DNA of 64,000 bases, taken from positions 1-64,000 of the forward strand of contig CDRNVI010000060.1 of the NCBI GenBank assembly GCA_977017575.1, given 5' to 3'. The position numbers were made by a program, and so were the translations under genes. Positions 48,828 through 59,429 of this stretch are shown here, in pieces. Within the stretch, counting starts at the first letter, position 1. Every line of letters begins with the position of its first letter. The notes beneath the pieces are model-generated. The model searched no databases. It was not told where the DNA came from and worked only from the letters and a program-made list of their open reading frames with translations. This stretch comes from Paramoeba atlantica. Its lineage: Eukaryota; Protista; Discosea.

Positions 48828-49822
48828 AAAAACAGGGCTAATTTTGAGTAATTACGTTTTACTAAAACGTTTTGTCTTTCCTAATTTCTTCACGCCAATA
48901 ATGTCATAGGTCATTACACCGTGTCGAAGTGACAAGCTGGTAATGATTGAGGGGCTGCGGATGAAACCTCGCGAAACTCAGCCAAAATACCTCAAAGCCA
49001 TGTTCAAGTGTTTGTCGTCCAACAACTCAGCAAATAAAATAAAATGGAAATACAGCAATACTCAGTGCTAGATAAATTCATTTTAACGCCTTTCAAAAAT
49101 CAGTTCAACAACGCCACAACCATGATAGCATTGGTTCTCTTCATTGAAATTTTTAAGAGATCTATTAATGTATGAGGCATACTCATACTGAGGATTCACG
49201 CACAATGAACCATACATGAGAACCAATGCAATCTGCACCGCATCTTTTATTTTTCAAAAGGGTCAGAAGACGTGAAAAAAGAGTTCTTTGTCTTACAATT
49301 GCTTTACTCTATACTATTTAACTTTAATTATTAGAATTACTATTTTTAAAATGTGACAGATAACTAGGGAGGGTGGTCGACGAAAAAAAAATCGAAGTGC
49401 CAAAAAGGGACAGATAACTAGGGGGAGGGGTGACTGATAACTAGGGGGAGGGGTGACTGATAACTAGGGGTGGTACAGTATGCGTGTACATAAATCAAAA
49501 AAGCACTTCGCTAAAATATGGCATAGATAATCAATATTTTCCGGTGATCACCCCTACAAAATTATTGTGCATGCGAAACCTCGGTGAAACCTCGCGACCC
49601 GCAGCCCCTCAATTCTTGAAAACCGAAAAGTAGGATGTACGAAACGCTGGAGGAAAAAATATATTTTTCAAAAATTTGGTCTCAATATGTAGAGTAGTGC
49701 ACAGCGACATGTACCCCCTTTACAGGTTTTGTTTGCATACCACCGTTTTTCGACCCAATCCGGTCCTTTTCACTCGTGGACACATGTATCATATTTTTCC
49801 CCGTAAATCCTAACCCGCTCCC

Positions 49823-50185
49823 CTACCATCGTACCCCGCGGCGGTACCAATCTTGCACCGCCGCTTGAATGATCTGGGCATTGTCCCTCTGAATGGCCAC
49901 CCCTGTGCCATTAACCCAGGCACCCAACTTTGTCCCACGCGTGGGCACCGGCCACCTTATTGAGGAAGTTCAGTCTCTGGGTCCGGGATGCCGTAGGTAG
50001 TGAAGGCCAGGGGGTAGAATTCCACCCCCCTAACGAGCGCCATATGATCACGCGCGCCGTTTGTTGGCCTCCGCCATCCTTAGGGTGTGGGACGGCTCAG
50101 CCGCCTCCCTGTTCACGGGGGATGGGGCCGGTCGATTGACTACTTTGACATCCACGAGGACGGTATTCTGTCCCAGTTAGGAACA
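49823..50185 (-). pseudogene. CRE-clade restriction-like endonuclease domain, degenerate
   Basis: VLVDVKVVN..AEANKRR..RGVEFYPLAFTTYG..LNFLNK..GVAIQRDNAQII, with frameshifts. Confidence 0.75.
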
Positions 50186-50471
50186 CGCTGTACGTCCTAC
50201 ATGTTATCATACCTACACAAAAAAATTAAGAAATTAGAAAAGAACCATTTCTCGAAGTAAATTTGTGCCAAGTACACGAAGTACTTTAGATGAGTGTTAG
50301 TGTGTCTGGTCATTCTTTTTATTATTTCACAAGAATTAAGCTACTGAAAACATAAAATGAAAAGATACCACTGTCCAGATTACGATAACGCCCAGTACAT
50401 TGTGTATATTGCGAACGTAGAGACATCTCAATGAATATAAAAAGACATCCCATATTGGTGCTTCTCTCGGC

Positions 50472-51071
50472 TCACCAAGGTAATTCTGCATAGCCCTGAA
50501 TGCCTGTACCTCCTGCGGCAAATGCACTACGTGATCTTAGTGCAGGAGGTAAATCACAGGCCCTCAAATCACACGCGAGAAGTTTATTCTGGTCAAGACG
50601 CAGCCATTCCAGATTACCAGGTAACATATTTAACTTCACTGAACCGTGAAAGTCATTATTGTTGAGGATCACGTCTCGTAAAGAAGAAGGCAGGTTGGTG
50701 AAATCGGGTGTCCCGGAGAACGCGTTCCGCCCGAGATTAAAATATCGAAGTCCGTCGGGGAGAAATTTCCAGCCCACCTCCCCGGTGAGCTTATTGTCCT
50801 CCACACTGAACTCCACAAGAGACTGAGGGAAGTATTCCCAACGCAAGGCCCCCATTAAGTGACGACGTCCCCACTGAATGTCACGAACAGCGACACGTTC
50901 GCCAACGTCACCGCTCCAGGGACACGATACGCCAATCCAGTTGTAGACCGCTGTCTCGGAATTCCAACTGGGATGTGGATTGCGTACATCCTGGATCAAT
51001 TACGTCAGTTGGTATTCTTGGGGAAGCGCTGCACCCCTGACCTTAGCGGGACGGGTCGTCGGGGTGTCCAT
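50472..51071 (-). pseudogene. LRR gene with a 5' frameshift and an in-frame stop
   Basis: MDTPTTRPAKVRGAALP, then a frameshift to EYQLT*LIQDVRNP, followed by LRRs. Confidence 0.8.
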
Positions 51072-51866
51072 TGTATCATAACTTAGTACACAATAGGAGG
51101 TACTGCGATGTAGTGTTATTAGGAAGTGTTTTTCTTTGAGGGTAAGTTAAACATAAAATTTAATTTTTACGTACAGCGCAACGAACTGTAGATACCTGGT
51201 CTGAAACCTTCGAGGGGGAACGAAAAGAGAACAGATTCATCGGGATAAGATGTCGCAAGATGGGTAGAGTCCTGCCAGGAAAGGTACTGTGACCCCCCCC
51301 TAATGTAGACATAATTTCGTCTTTTGTCTCTTTTAAAGGAGGTGCCACAGTACTGTGACCCCCCCTTTAATCATACATGAAGCGAGTACGGTAGTCATGT
51401 ACTCACCCGAGTAAGTACAGCGAGTAATTACTCGGAGTACCGTACTCGCTTCCAGCGAGTACGTACTCGCTATACAAGAGAGTTTGGAACAAGTGACGTT
51501 ATGTTAAGAAATTTCTGGTCGAGCAATTTCTGGTCGAGGAGGATGTAGGATGTGATAAGGGATGGAATGCGGGGTGTAAATGCGTTTGCAGTACAATCTT
51601 GTCGACGCAATCTTGTTACTAATTACAGTAAAGTATTGATGACTAATTTGACTCAGACGAGATTTTATTTTTGTCTTTGTTTTTTTGTTTTGTTTTTGTT
51701 TTTTATATTAACGACCGCCCACTTTAGAGTCGCTTCTTGGGTCTTTTTTTCTGCTGAACGGTCGTGCCCTCGAGCCGAACAGTTGGGGCTTAAACATACT
51801 ATTAAGTATTAAACATACTATTAAGTATTAAACATACTATTAGTATTAAAACATACACATATTATC

Positions 51867-52322
51867 TTATTGCGTTGCATCATCATCACTTTCAGAATAC
51901 ATACTTTCATCACTTTCTTCATCGTCTTCTCCTTCAGGTTTCGTCGTGGTGTAACCCAGTTTCTCCTCATTACCCCGTACAAAGATACGGTTGGCCACAG
52001 CGGTTGGTGCGATGCGCGACTGGCGAGAATTGTACATGTACCATAGTATGGACAACTAACTATCGCATTTCGTCACAAGCGGGGGAATCCAGATGTAATG
52101 TCGGGCTGCTTCGTAAACATTTGGAAATATCTGATGGCCTACATCCAACCACCATTCATGTTCGTTTGCATGTCGGTCAGGGTCATATTCATAATCTTCC
52201 CAGTTCACGTACTCTAGCCACTCATCGTAGGTAAGGATAGGCACGAAAAGTGTCCGGATTGGGATCAAAGAGATTGTTGGCGCAGGACACCGTGATCGGG
52301 GGAATGCCACAGAGTCTCGCAC
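51867..52322 (-). pseudogene. hAT transposase C-terminal dimerisation domain fragment
   Basis: EWWLDVGHQIFPNVYEAARHYIWIPPLVTKCDS, then RQSRIAPTAVANRIFVRGN in the next ORF. Confidence 0.7.
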
Positions 52323-53353
52323 ATTGAATTATATAGATCGGACGAAGCCATAATACGTGTTTCCAAAAATTCATGTTGTGATTCTTGCGAAGGCACTATT
52401 AAATTAATAGAGACCCCCTCTCATCACCCCCTTTAATATAGACAAATTTGGTGGAATTCTTTTTTTTTGGGGGGATGCCTTTTTGGCAGAAGTAGAGAAA
52501 AAAATTGGAATGTTGCTTAACTTGGGAAGAAAAATACTTAGAATTCAATAATCTACATTGTATAACAATCCTTGGCTTCATTAGGGGTTAGGTATGGTGG
52601 AAAAGTTGGGTTTCGCAAATTGTTTCCCACTAACGACACACATTTTTGTCTTGCAGATGGGTAAACAAGGTCTTGATTTTGATAGGGGTTGGGCCTGGTG
52701 GAAACGTTGGGTTTCCAATTTGATTCAAATTGATTCCAATTTGAGAGAATAATTGTTGGATAAGACGTTACACTACGATTTAAAGATAGAGAACAAAATT
52801 TTCACATTGGATATAAAGCTAGTACGTAACATATCCCATATTTTCGGGGAAAAATGGACACTCCTCCTCTCATTAATTTCTATAAATATAAATTATAACA
52901 AAAAAAGAAAATTAATATTTATAGAAATTAATGAGAATGGTTAGGCAAAAAGTCCTGATTAATGATCCTGCTTGATGGAAAAACGCTATTTTTCTGCGAT
53001 AAGCTATCGCGGAACGTGAGATCCAAGGCCCTTGTCGGAAGTGAGGGTCAAATCTTTCTGCGGTGTTCTCCCCTCTATCCTAGCTTTTCCTGTTTGTTTC
53101 TTCAAAACTAATTTTGTTTTGAAAATCTATAATTTTTTTTTGAAAAATTAGGAATGGCATTTATAGAAATTAATGAGAAGAGGAGTATGTTGCGTACTAG
53201 GATATGTCTAGGGGGGGGTAACGATACCGTAGACCCACCAGTAACAGACCCCCCAGTAACAAGGATTTGGCTCGAGAGGGTGGATCAAGGGGGAGGGGGA
53301 TTGGGGCGGGTGAGGGTGGTTGCGCAGGAGCGAGTGTTCTACTTTTACCCTAA

Positions 53354-53659
53354 ATGGGTTGCTCGAGCTGCTCCTATTGTTCATGCACTGATAAGTGGTC
53401 CTATACTTTGCTTTGTATGGCAACGGAAGACAGCATCATATTCCGGATAAAAAATCATGCTCTTATGTATGAGGCCGTTGCTTGTTCGAAACGTCGTGAG
53501 CCACGGGTATGTACTCTTAAGGAAGATCACTTGTTATGCTCCGATAGAAAGTGCCGCGGTAAAATTAATTTTTTAGAACCTCTTCTGACGGCCGCACATG
53601 GGCGCACCGCAAACCATGTTTTTAAAGTCTTATACGGTATCACTTCTGTAGCCGGCTAA
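53354..53659 (+). other. Cys-rich ORF, possibly a Merlin/IS1595-like N-terminal zinc region
   Basis: LCSDRKCR..FKVLYG pattern only. No DDE seen. Confidence 0.25.
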
Positions 53660-53984
53660 AGATCGCAACGGAGAACTGACTTGGGGCAAAAGCGATCACT
53701 CGGCTGACGAACATCCCTTTGAGTATGCTCTCGAACAATGAAAATCGAAAAAATGAAAAATGTGAAGCGAAAGAAATTCCAATTTCTTTCCAAAAAAATT
53801 CAAAGAATTCCGTATTAAAGGGGGGGATCATCGGGGTCCATATTAAAGGGGAGGTCACAGTATTCGTAAACTGAAAGTGAGCCTCAAAAATACTACTGCC
53901 CCTTTACTTAAGAGTCCGCCGATTTTCACCACTAAACTTGTTTGTTAATGAATAAAATCAGAGTACCCCCAAAAGGGTTACAAT

Positions 53985-54818
53985 TCAACTTCTTATTTTG
54001 ACATTTGTTGGAATTGACGAGGATTGTACATCCAAATTATATCTATTTCCACTCAGATCTAACTCATACATACCTGAGGGCAATGCATCAAACCATACTT
54101 TCCCCGTAAAGGCATTGTCCCCAAGAGAGAGCGTATGTAATGCGCGCGGAAGATTTCGAAGCTCCAACTCACCATCGAGCTTATTCTGTGACAGGTATAA
54201 AATTTCCAGTTGCTTCGGAAGACTTGTTAAGTCCACGCTCCCTACGAATTGATTTCCTTGAAGATAGAGCTTCAGTAGTGCTCCAGGCAACAAAGTTAAA
54301 TTTATGCTTCCCGAAAAACAGTTCCGAGGCAAAGAAAACACTTTCAAAGAAGGGGGAAGTGCCGTCAAGTCAAGCTCACCGGAAAACTTAGTAGATGCCG
54401 ACCAGAGTTCTTCAAACGCATGGGGGAGGGATCCGGCATCAAAGGCTCCATGAATGGCGTTATTTTGGATGTTGAAGTAAATGAGTTTAGGGGGAAGTGC
54501 ACGAACCTGAAAATATCCATCCAGCTTATTATCTCCGATACGAACACTGTACACCGTGTGAGGTAGGCTACCCCAGGTGAGATTACCCTTCAATTGTTTG
54601 GACGACCACTCGATGGATACGACCTCATGGACGGAGTTACAAGCGACACCGGTCCAATAGCATGCTTCTGTTTTATTCTTAGTAAGTACTGCAGTTTCCT
54701 CGAGATTTTCAATGAATTGTGCCATTTGCATGTCTTGTGAGAGGATGGCTCCTCGTACTTTACCCAGACGTGTTCGAGTCCGGGAGGAATCCGCAGTTTT
54801 TGTGATTAGAGATGACAT
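53985..54818 (-). CDS. LRR protein with N-cap, 277 aa
   Basis: KVRGAILSQDMQMAQFI, ACYWTGVAC and LRRs. Confidence 0.9.
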   Translation of the reverse strand: MSSLITKTADSSRTRTRLGKVRGAILSQDMQMAQFIENLEETAVLTKNKTEACYWTGVACNSVHEVVSIEWSSKQLKGNLTWGSLPHTVYSVRIGDNKLDGYFQVRALPPKLIYFNIQNNAIHGAFDAGSLPHAFEELWSASTKFSGELDLTALPPSLKVFSLPRNCFSGSINLTLLPGALLKLYLQGNQFVGSVDLTSLPKQLEILYLSQNKLDGELELRNLPRALHTLSLGDNAFTGKVWFDALPSGMYELDLSGNRYNLDVQSSSIPTNVKIRS

Positions 54819-54885
54819 TGCGTGAAGATGAAAGAATGAAAAGACCGCTTCGCTTCTTTAAGAGAAAGAAACTGTTTCTAAGTAA

Positions 54886-55730
54886 CGGGCGGTAGGGACA
54901 AATATTTGACAAAATATTGATTTTTTTCGAAATTGCTTACAATAATTGTTTAAACGTTTTCAAATCATTTTCGTATTCATGCAGCCATTTTCAGCGTCTC
55001 TGAGCGCATAATTTTATTAACTTTTTCCCGGCGATCTGAAGGAAGGTTCGACGCTTTGATCCACATGAAATCAACATTTTCTTACCTGACAAACGCAGAT
55101 GACTATCCCAGGACGGCAAATGCGTTTCTGAGTCAATGAAGGGCACCGGGTCGCCCCGGCTGGCCGCTGGCTCCCTCAGGATGTTCCCCCTTTGGGAAGT
55201 TGCCACCCTCCTTCAAGAGTGACACAATAGGCCCTTCACAGGCGTTTGGGGGTGCGAGGTCCGAATGCCTCTACCAGTTTCTGCCGACGTGTTTAACGTT
55301 GTTTAACGACCACATCGGGTATGGGAGTTGGTTCCATGAGGGGGGGTCCGAGTCGGTCCCCCAGACCTCAGACCTATTCGGAGGGTCTGTGTGGATTCGG
55401 AGCAGCTGTGTGGATCACTAAGCATTGCTCTTCCTCGTGGATAGCTGACTGGTCGTATTTCTCGGAGTGTTAGACCGCCCACTATTACCGTAAGTCCCGT
55501 AAGAGAGATTGGGCCCCAGTAAGCGAGATTTGGTTCGAGGGGCTGAGCGGGTGGATGGATGGGGGATCGTGGCTGGGATGGGTGATGGTAGCTGAGCGGG
55601 CGGTGATGTCTCTTTTAAACGCTTAAAATGGGTGTATTAACCTGCAAATGCCATAAAAACATTTAAAAGGACTTTTGAAACATTTTCGAAAAAAATCAAT
55701 TTTTCGTCAAATATTTGTCCCTACCGTCCC
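54886..55730. mobile_element. TAA-flanked (Harbinger-like) non-autonomous element with cargo
   Basis: TIR cggtagggacaaatatttgac at both ends, TAA at 54883-85 and 55731-33. The interior is homologous to the 2.6-4.6 kb repeat. Confidence 0.75.
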
Positions 55731-56201
55731 TAAATAACAATAATACTAACGAATAATACTAACTTATCGTAAACTCTCATTGGTTTCTCCTATATAAATA
55801 GGATGCTTAGCTAGGATGCTTATTGCTGTGTAATAAATAAGGCCCATAAGAACGCACATAATTCTGAAAATAAGACTAGTATAAATGATTCGTAAAAATA
55901 CATTGATGATAAATGAACGGTACCTTTTTTGGAGCGAAATTTATATACGTAATAGTTCAGAAGTGCATTCGATGACGTGAAATTACAAACTGAGAGTTGC
56001 ATACTTCCGCCATCGGAGAAATCAATCTCTTCAGTGTGTGATAAACGTGTATCTACAAGATCATTGTCGTTGTATTCATTTTAAGTTGAGAGCTAGAAGC
56101 AGAAAGTTTAAATTTCTTTGCACAATATTTTTATGAACTTCAAAAAAATTGAGGACATTACGCTCCCCTTAACTGGCACATCAAGATCTATCTTAATCTT
56201 C

Positions 56202-56760
56202 TTATCCCATCAGCTGGGATTTCGTTTGATCGAAGGTTATATAGTATATAGTCGACGAAGCGTCTGACAATGCAATGAAAAAACTTGATTCGGGAGTTGG
56301 CGGGCCTTCAATGCACAAGAAATTTTGTTGAATTGCCGCTAAATGTTGCCTCAGTAGTTCCAATTGAGCGGTGCGAAGGTGATGTGGTTCATCCTCGCTG
56401 CGCACCGAAATATCGCGACCAATCATCCTAGCCCCATATACTTTGGGAAAAGAAACTTGACGCACCATCGTATCCCACATAATGATACCTAGGACGCGTT
56501 TTACGTCCCGTACTGTTACCAATACCTTCGTGGTGAAGACCTCTCCCTCTACAGATTCTTCACTATACAGTTCTGTAAAAAACTTGCTCCTGAGATACTC
56601 AGTGACACTCTGTGAGCACTCAGTGGTGCATCAGACAACCGGTGAGGATTGCATGCAACGGACGCTAGAGATGCTAGAGTCAATGCCCATACTCACACGG
56701 GATCAGCATACGCTACGGAAGTGCGAAGTGATACTCGATGAGTGCCAGGCACCCTGATAC
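56202..56760 (-). pseudogene. VIPER/TATE/DIRS-like RT to RNase H fragment
   Basis: GAWHSSSIT and MGIDS parallel GWKSSVKIT and MFIDN of 17396-17866. The fragment ends at LSDAS. Confidence 0.55.
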
Positions 56761-56979
56761 ACCCTTCCCCTCCTACCTGGTGACAAGCAAGGCACCAAGG
56801 TCACATTGTATTTTAGAATAGTAAAAAGAATATCTTAATGATGAATGTTTCTCCTCCCTCACACTGATCGTACACTTGCGTGTACGACGTGCCGGGATTG
56901 GGACCGGTGACGAGCGTGTTTACGGAGGCCGTGAAAATGATATATTTCAAAGGCGAATTTTGCTTTAATTTAACCAAAA

Positions 56980-57662
56980 TTACGGACTATACTCCTGATC
57001 GGCGTAGAGCTCTGAAACTAGACGGCCGTCCGAGACCATAACGCTAGAGCGCTCGAAATAAATTTCCGTTCGATACCGTAATGTGTGCATGCCGAAAGTC
57101 GTAAGTTAAGTTCCGACTGTGCATTCCCACATTGAAGGTACCTTTAAGGCCAATGTCCCGAAACAGCTTTAGCTCGGCTAAAGTTGACGGAAGCGATGAG
57201 AAATCGTGTCAAAAAAATCATTGCTTTGAACGTCCAAGATCATCAGTAATGACGGAAGCTGCAGAAGGTTGAGATTACCCGTTAACTATTGGTAGATAAA
57301 TATATTTCCGTTAGAGTCGAGGGAAACGTCTCTAGAGGAAGTTCACCACGAAGCTGGGCATTTATCGTTTAAAGAGACACTAAACTCGACGGTAAAAATT
57401 TCCAATTTAACGTCACTAAATCTATAAAGTACCAACTGATTGCTTTAACTCGTTTCTTCTCACAACATTCAATGCCATTCCATTCACAAGCAGGTGTGTT
57501 GGTGTCCCAGTTAGGAAGCTTTTTATTTGCGCTTTCAACAAGTCTTGCCAAATCGTATTCTTGCGGTAAGGAAACAGACCTTATTTTCGCTGCACAGTGA
57601 TATGTTGAAGATTGTACGTCCGATGCACGTAGCGCACGCATCATTAAAAAGGAGTAAGTCAT
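56980..57662 (-). pseudogene. LRR gene with several frameshifts
   Basis: KIRSVSLPQEYDLARLV and ACEWNGIEC, then LRRs in shifted frames ending YDFRHAHITVSNG. Confidence 0.8.
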
Positions 57663-58036
57663 TGAAAATTGAAAAGCGTTTAAGAAAAGAGATCCCGAAT
57701 TAATTGGTCGGTCTACGGAACTACAACTGTAGAATAGAGCTCACAAGTATACTGTGATCCCGTTACTTAGCCCCCATACTCCGTGGAAAGAGAATAGCTC
57801 AGTTAAAGAAAGGAGTTAAGAAAGGATAAGTTAAAGAAAGATAAGTTAAAGAGGGGTGAATGACTCGCAACTCTTAGGAGCCAGAGGAGCGAAAGCAACA
57901 CTATTGTAATTTTGAACAGCGAGAGAAGTGATATAATTTCAGTGACCCATTGTTTCCTAGTGGCTACTGAGGTGCATCTGAAGCGCAATGTTTCACTTCA
58001 GTGCGTCAAATGTAGTGAGTGTTACAGTGCTCGTAA

Positions 58037-58256
58037 AAATTGGTGTCGTAAAATATCGAGTTGTAAAAATTAGTACATTTTTAATTAGTGTCATTGTTTT
58101 AATAATCGAATATGCCCGAAGACATAAGAGCGACACTGGGAATAGAAAATTGGTGTCGTAAAATATCGAGTTGTAAAAATTAGTACATTTTTAATTAGTG
58201 TCACTGTTTTAATAATCGAATATGCCCGAAGACATAAGAGCGACACTGGGAATAGA
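58037..58256. repeat. tandem duplication, 2 x 110 bp
   Basis: aaattggtgtcgtaaaatatcgag...gggaataga occurs twice. Confidence 0.9.
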
Positions 58257-59366
58257 GGCCGTGGCTCAAACGACGGAAAATCCTCAGCGAAAAAATATCT
58301 ACTGAACAACGGGAATGGCTTTTTTAAAAACTATAAGGACCAATTTATTAGTTTTCCATGCGTTTTTTTTCTTGGATTCAAGTAGTTGTTTGTAATATAA
58401 ATTAGTGTCGTAAAAATTCGTGTATTTTTAATTAACGTTATTTTCTCGACCAACACTGATCAAAAATATACTAATTTTTAAGAGCACTGTAGTCCACAAA
58501 GGCGGATACCAGGCTTGGCAATGTTGCATGTAGAATCTTTTGTAATTCGTGTTGCTGCACCTCTGACTTTTCCAAGTGGTCAGCGTTTTCACTGAACTGT
58601 GACTTAGCACTGTAGCTTATGAAAAAGGGTTTTTGATCGTGCGTTCTTTTTAGAGAACGAGCACAACTAGCTGACTTTTAAAAATTCTCCATCTGTTTAT
58701 TAAATCTCATTCTGTTCATTAAACTTTAATGCCATGGGACTTGTAGCATGTTCTTAGTCCTGGAGGTTGCAAGGTGTGGAAATCCTTGGATAATGACTTG
58801 AAAACACGACGGATGAAATAGGAATACTCACTTCTGAGTTATCAATATGTAAAATGCAAAAGTTGTCAATAGAAAGTATCAACAGTGTACAGCGGGTAGT
58901 GTCGACAGTGTACTGGTAATATTGATACGAGTGACAATATAAATGAAAAAAATTCTGATCAAATGGTTTAAAAAGAACATTGTTTTCAGATTATTGATAG
59001 CTAAACATTGGAGTCTGTGCAAGTCTTGGCCGTCACGAACGTCACGCGCAGCCACATTATCTTACTTTTTCGAGCTTTCTTAACATTGTTTTGGAAGGAA
59101 ACTTGATTACATGTACTCATTTCAATGTGACTGCAATCGTCTGTTCATCGGCAGCAGTGCCACGGAAATTGCAAGAGCTTGACTCCCTTCACAATCGTAC
59201 ACCTTAATCCTCTAGCCTTTCGTGTATATTGTAAAATAGTGTCCGACGCCTGACGAGCAGGACAAATGCGTTCTCTGCCTTGAAGATGGCGTTTTGCAAG
59301 GTACCGAAGTGTGCCTTTCATGTGGGCAAAGTCAGGTTATGGAATCTTTCCCTTCCGACTTGCTGC

Positions 59367-59402
59367 AAAGATACAGTTTCTGTACCTTGTTGTACCTTGT
59401 TG
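59367..59402 (+). ncRNA. spliced-leader-like fragment with a 10-nt terminal duplication
   Basis: aaagatacagtttctgtaccttgttg followed by taccttgttg. It contains gatacagtttctgtac, which I recall as the conserved SL core. Confidence 0.65.
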
Positions 59403-59429
59403 ATTTATTTCTTTATCGTTTAAATCTAC

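Noticed and set aside
54862-54882. SL relic on the minus strand upstream of an LRR gene (tagaaacagtttct)
   Set aside because: The match is short and runs into an ordinary pyrimidine tract and AG acceptor.
59245-59290. Hammerhead ribozyme at the retrotransposon 5' end (ctgacga)
   Set aside because: The short stem gca/tgc is followed by gttc rather than the required gaaa.
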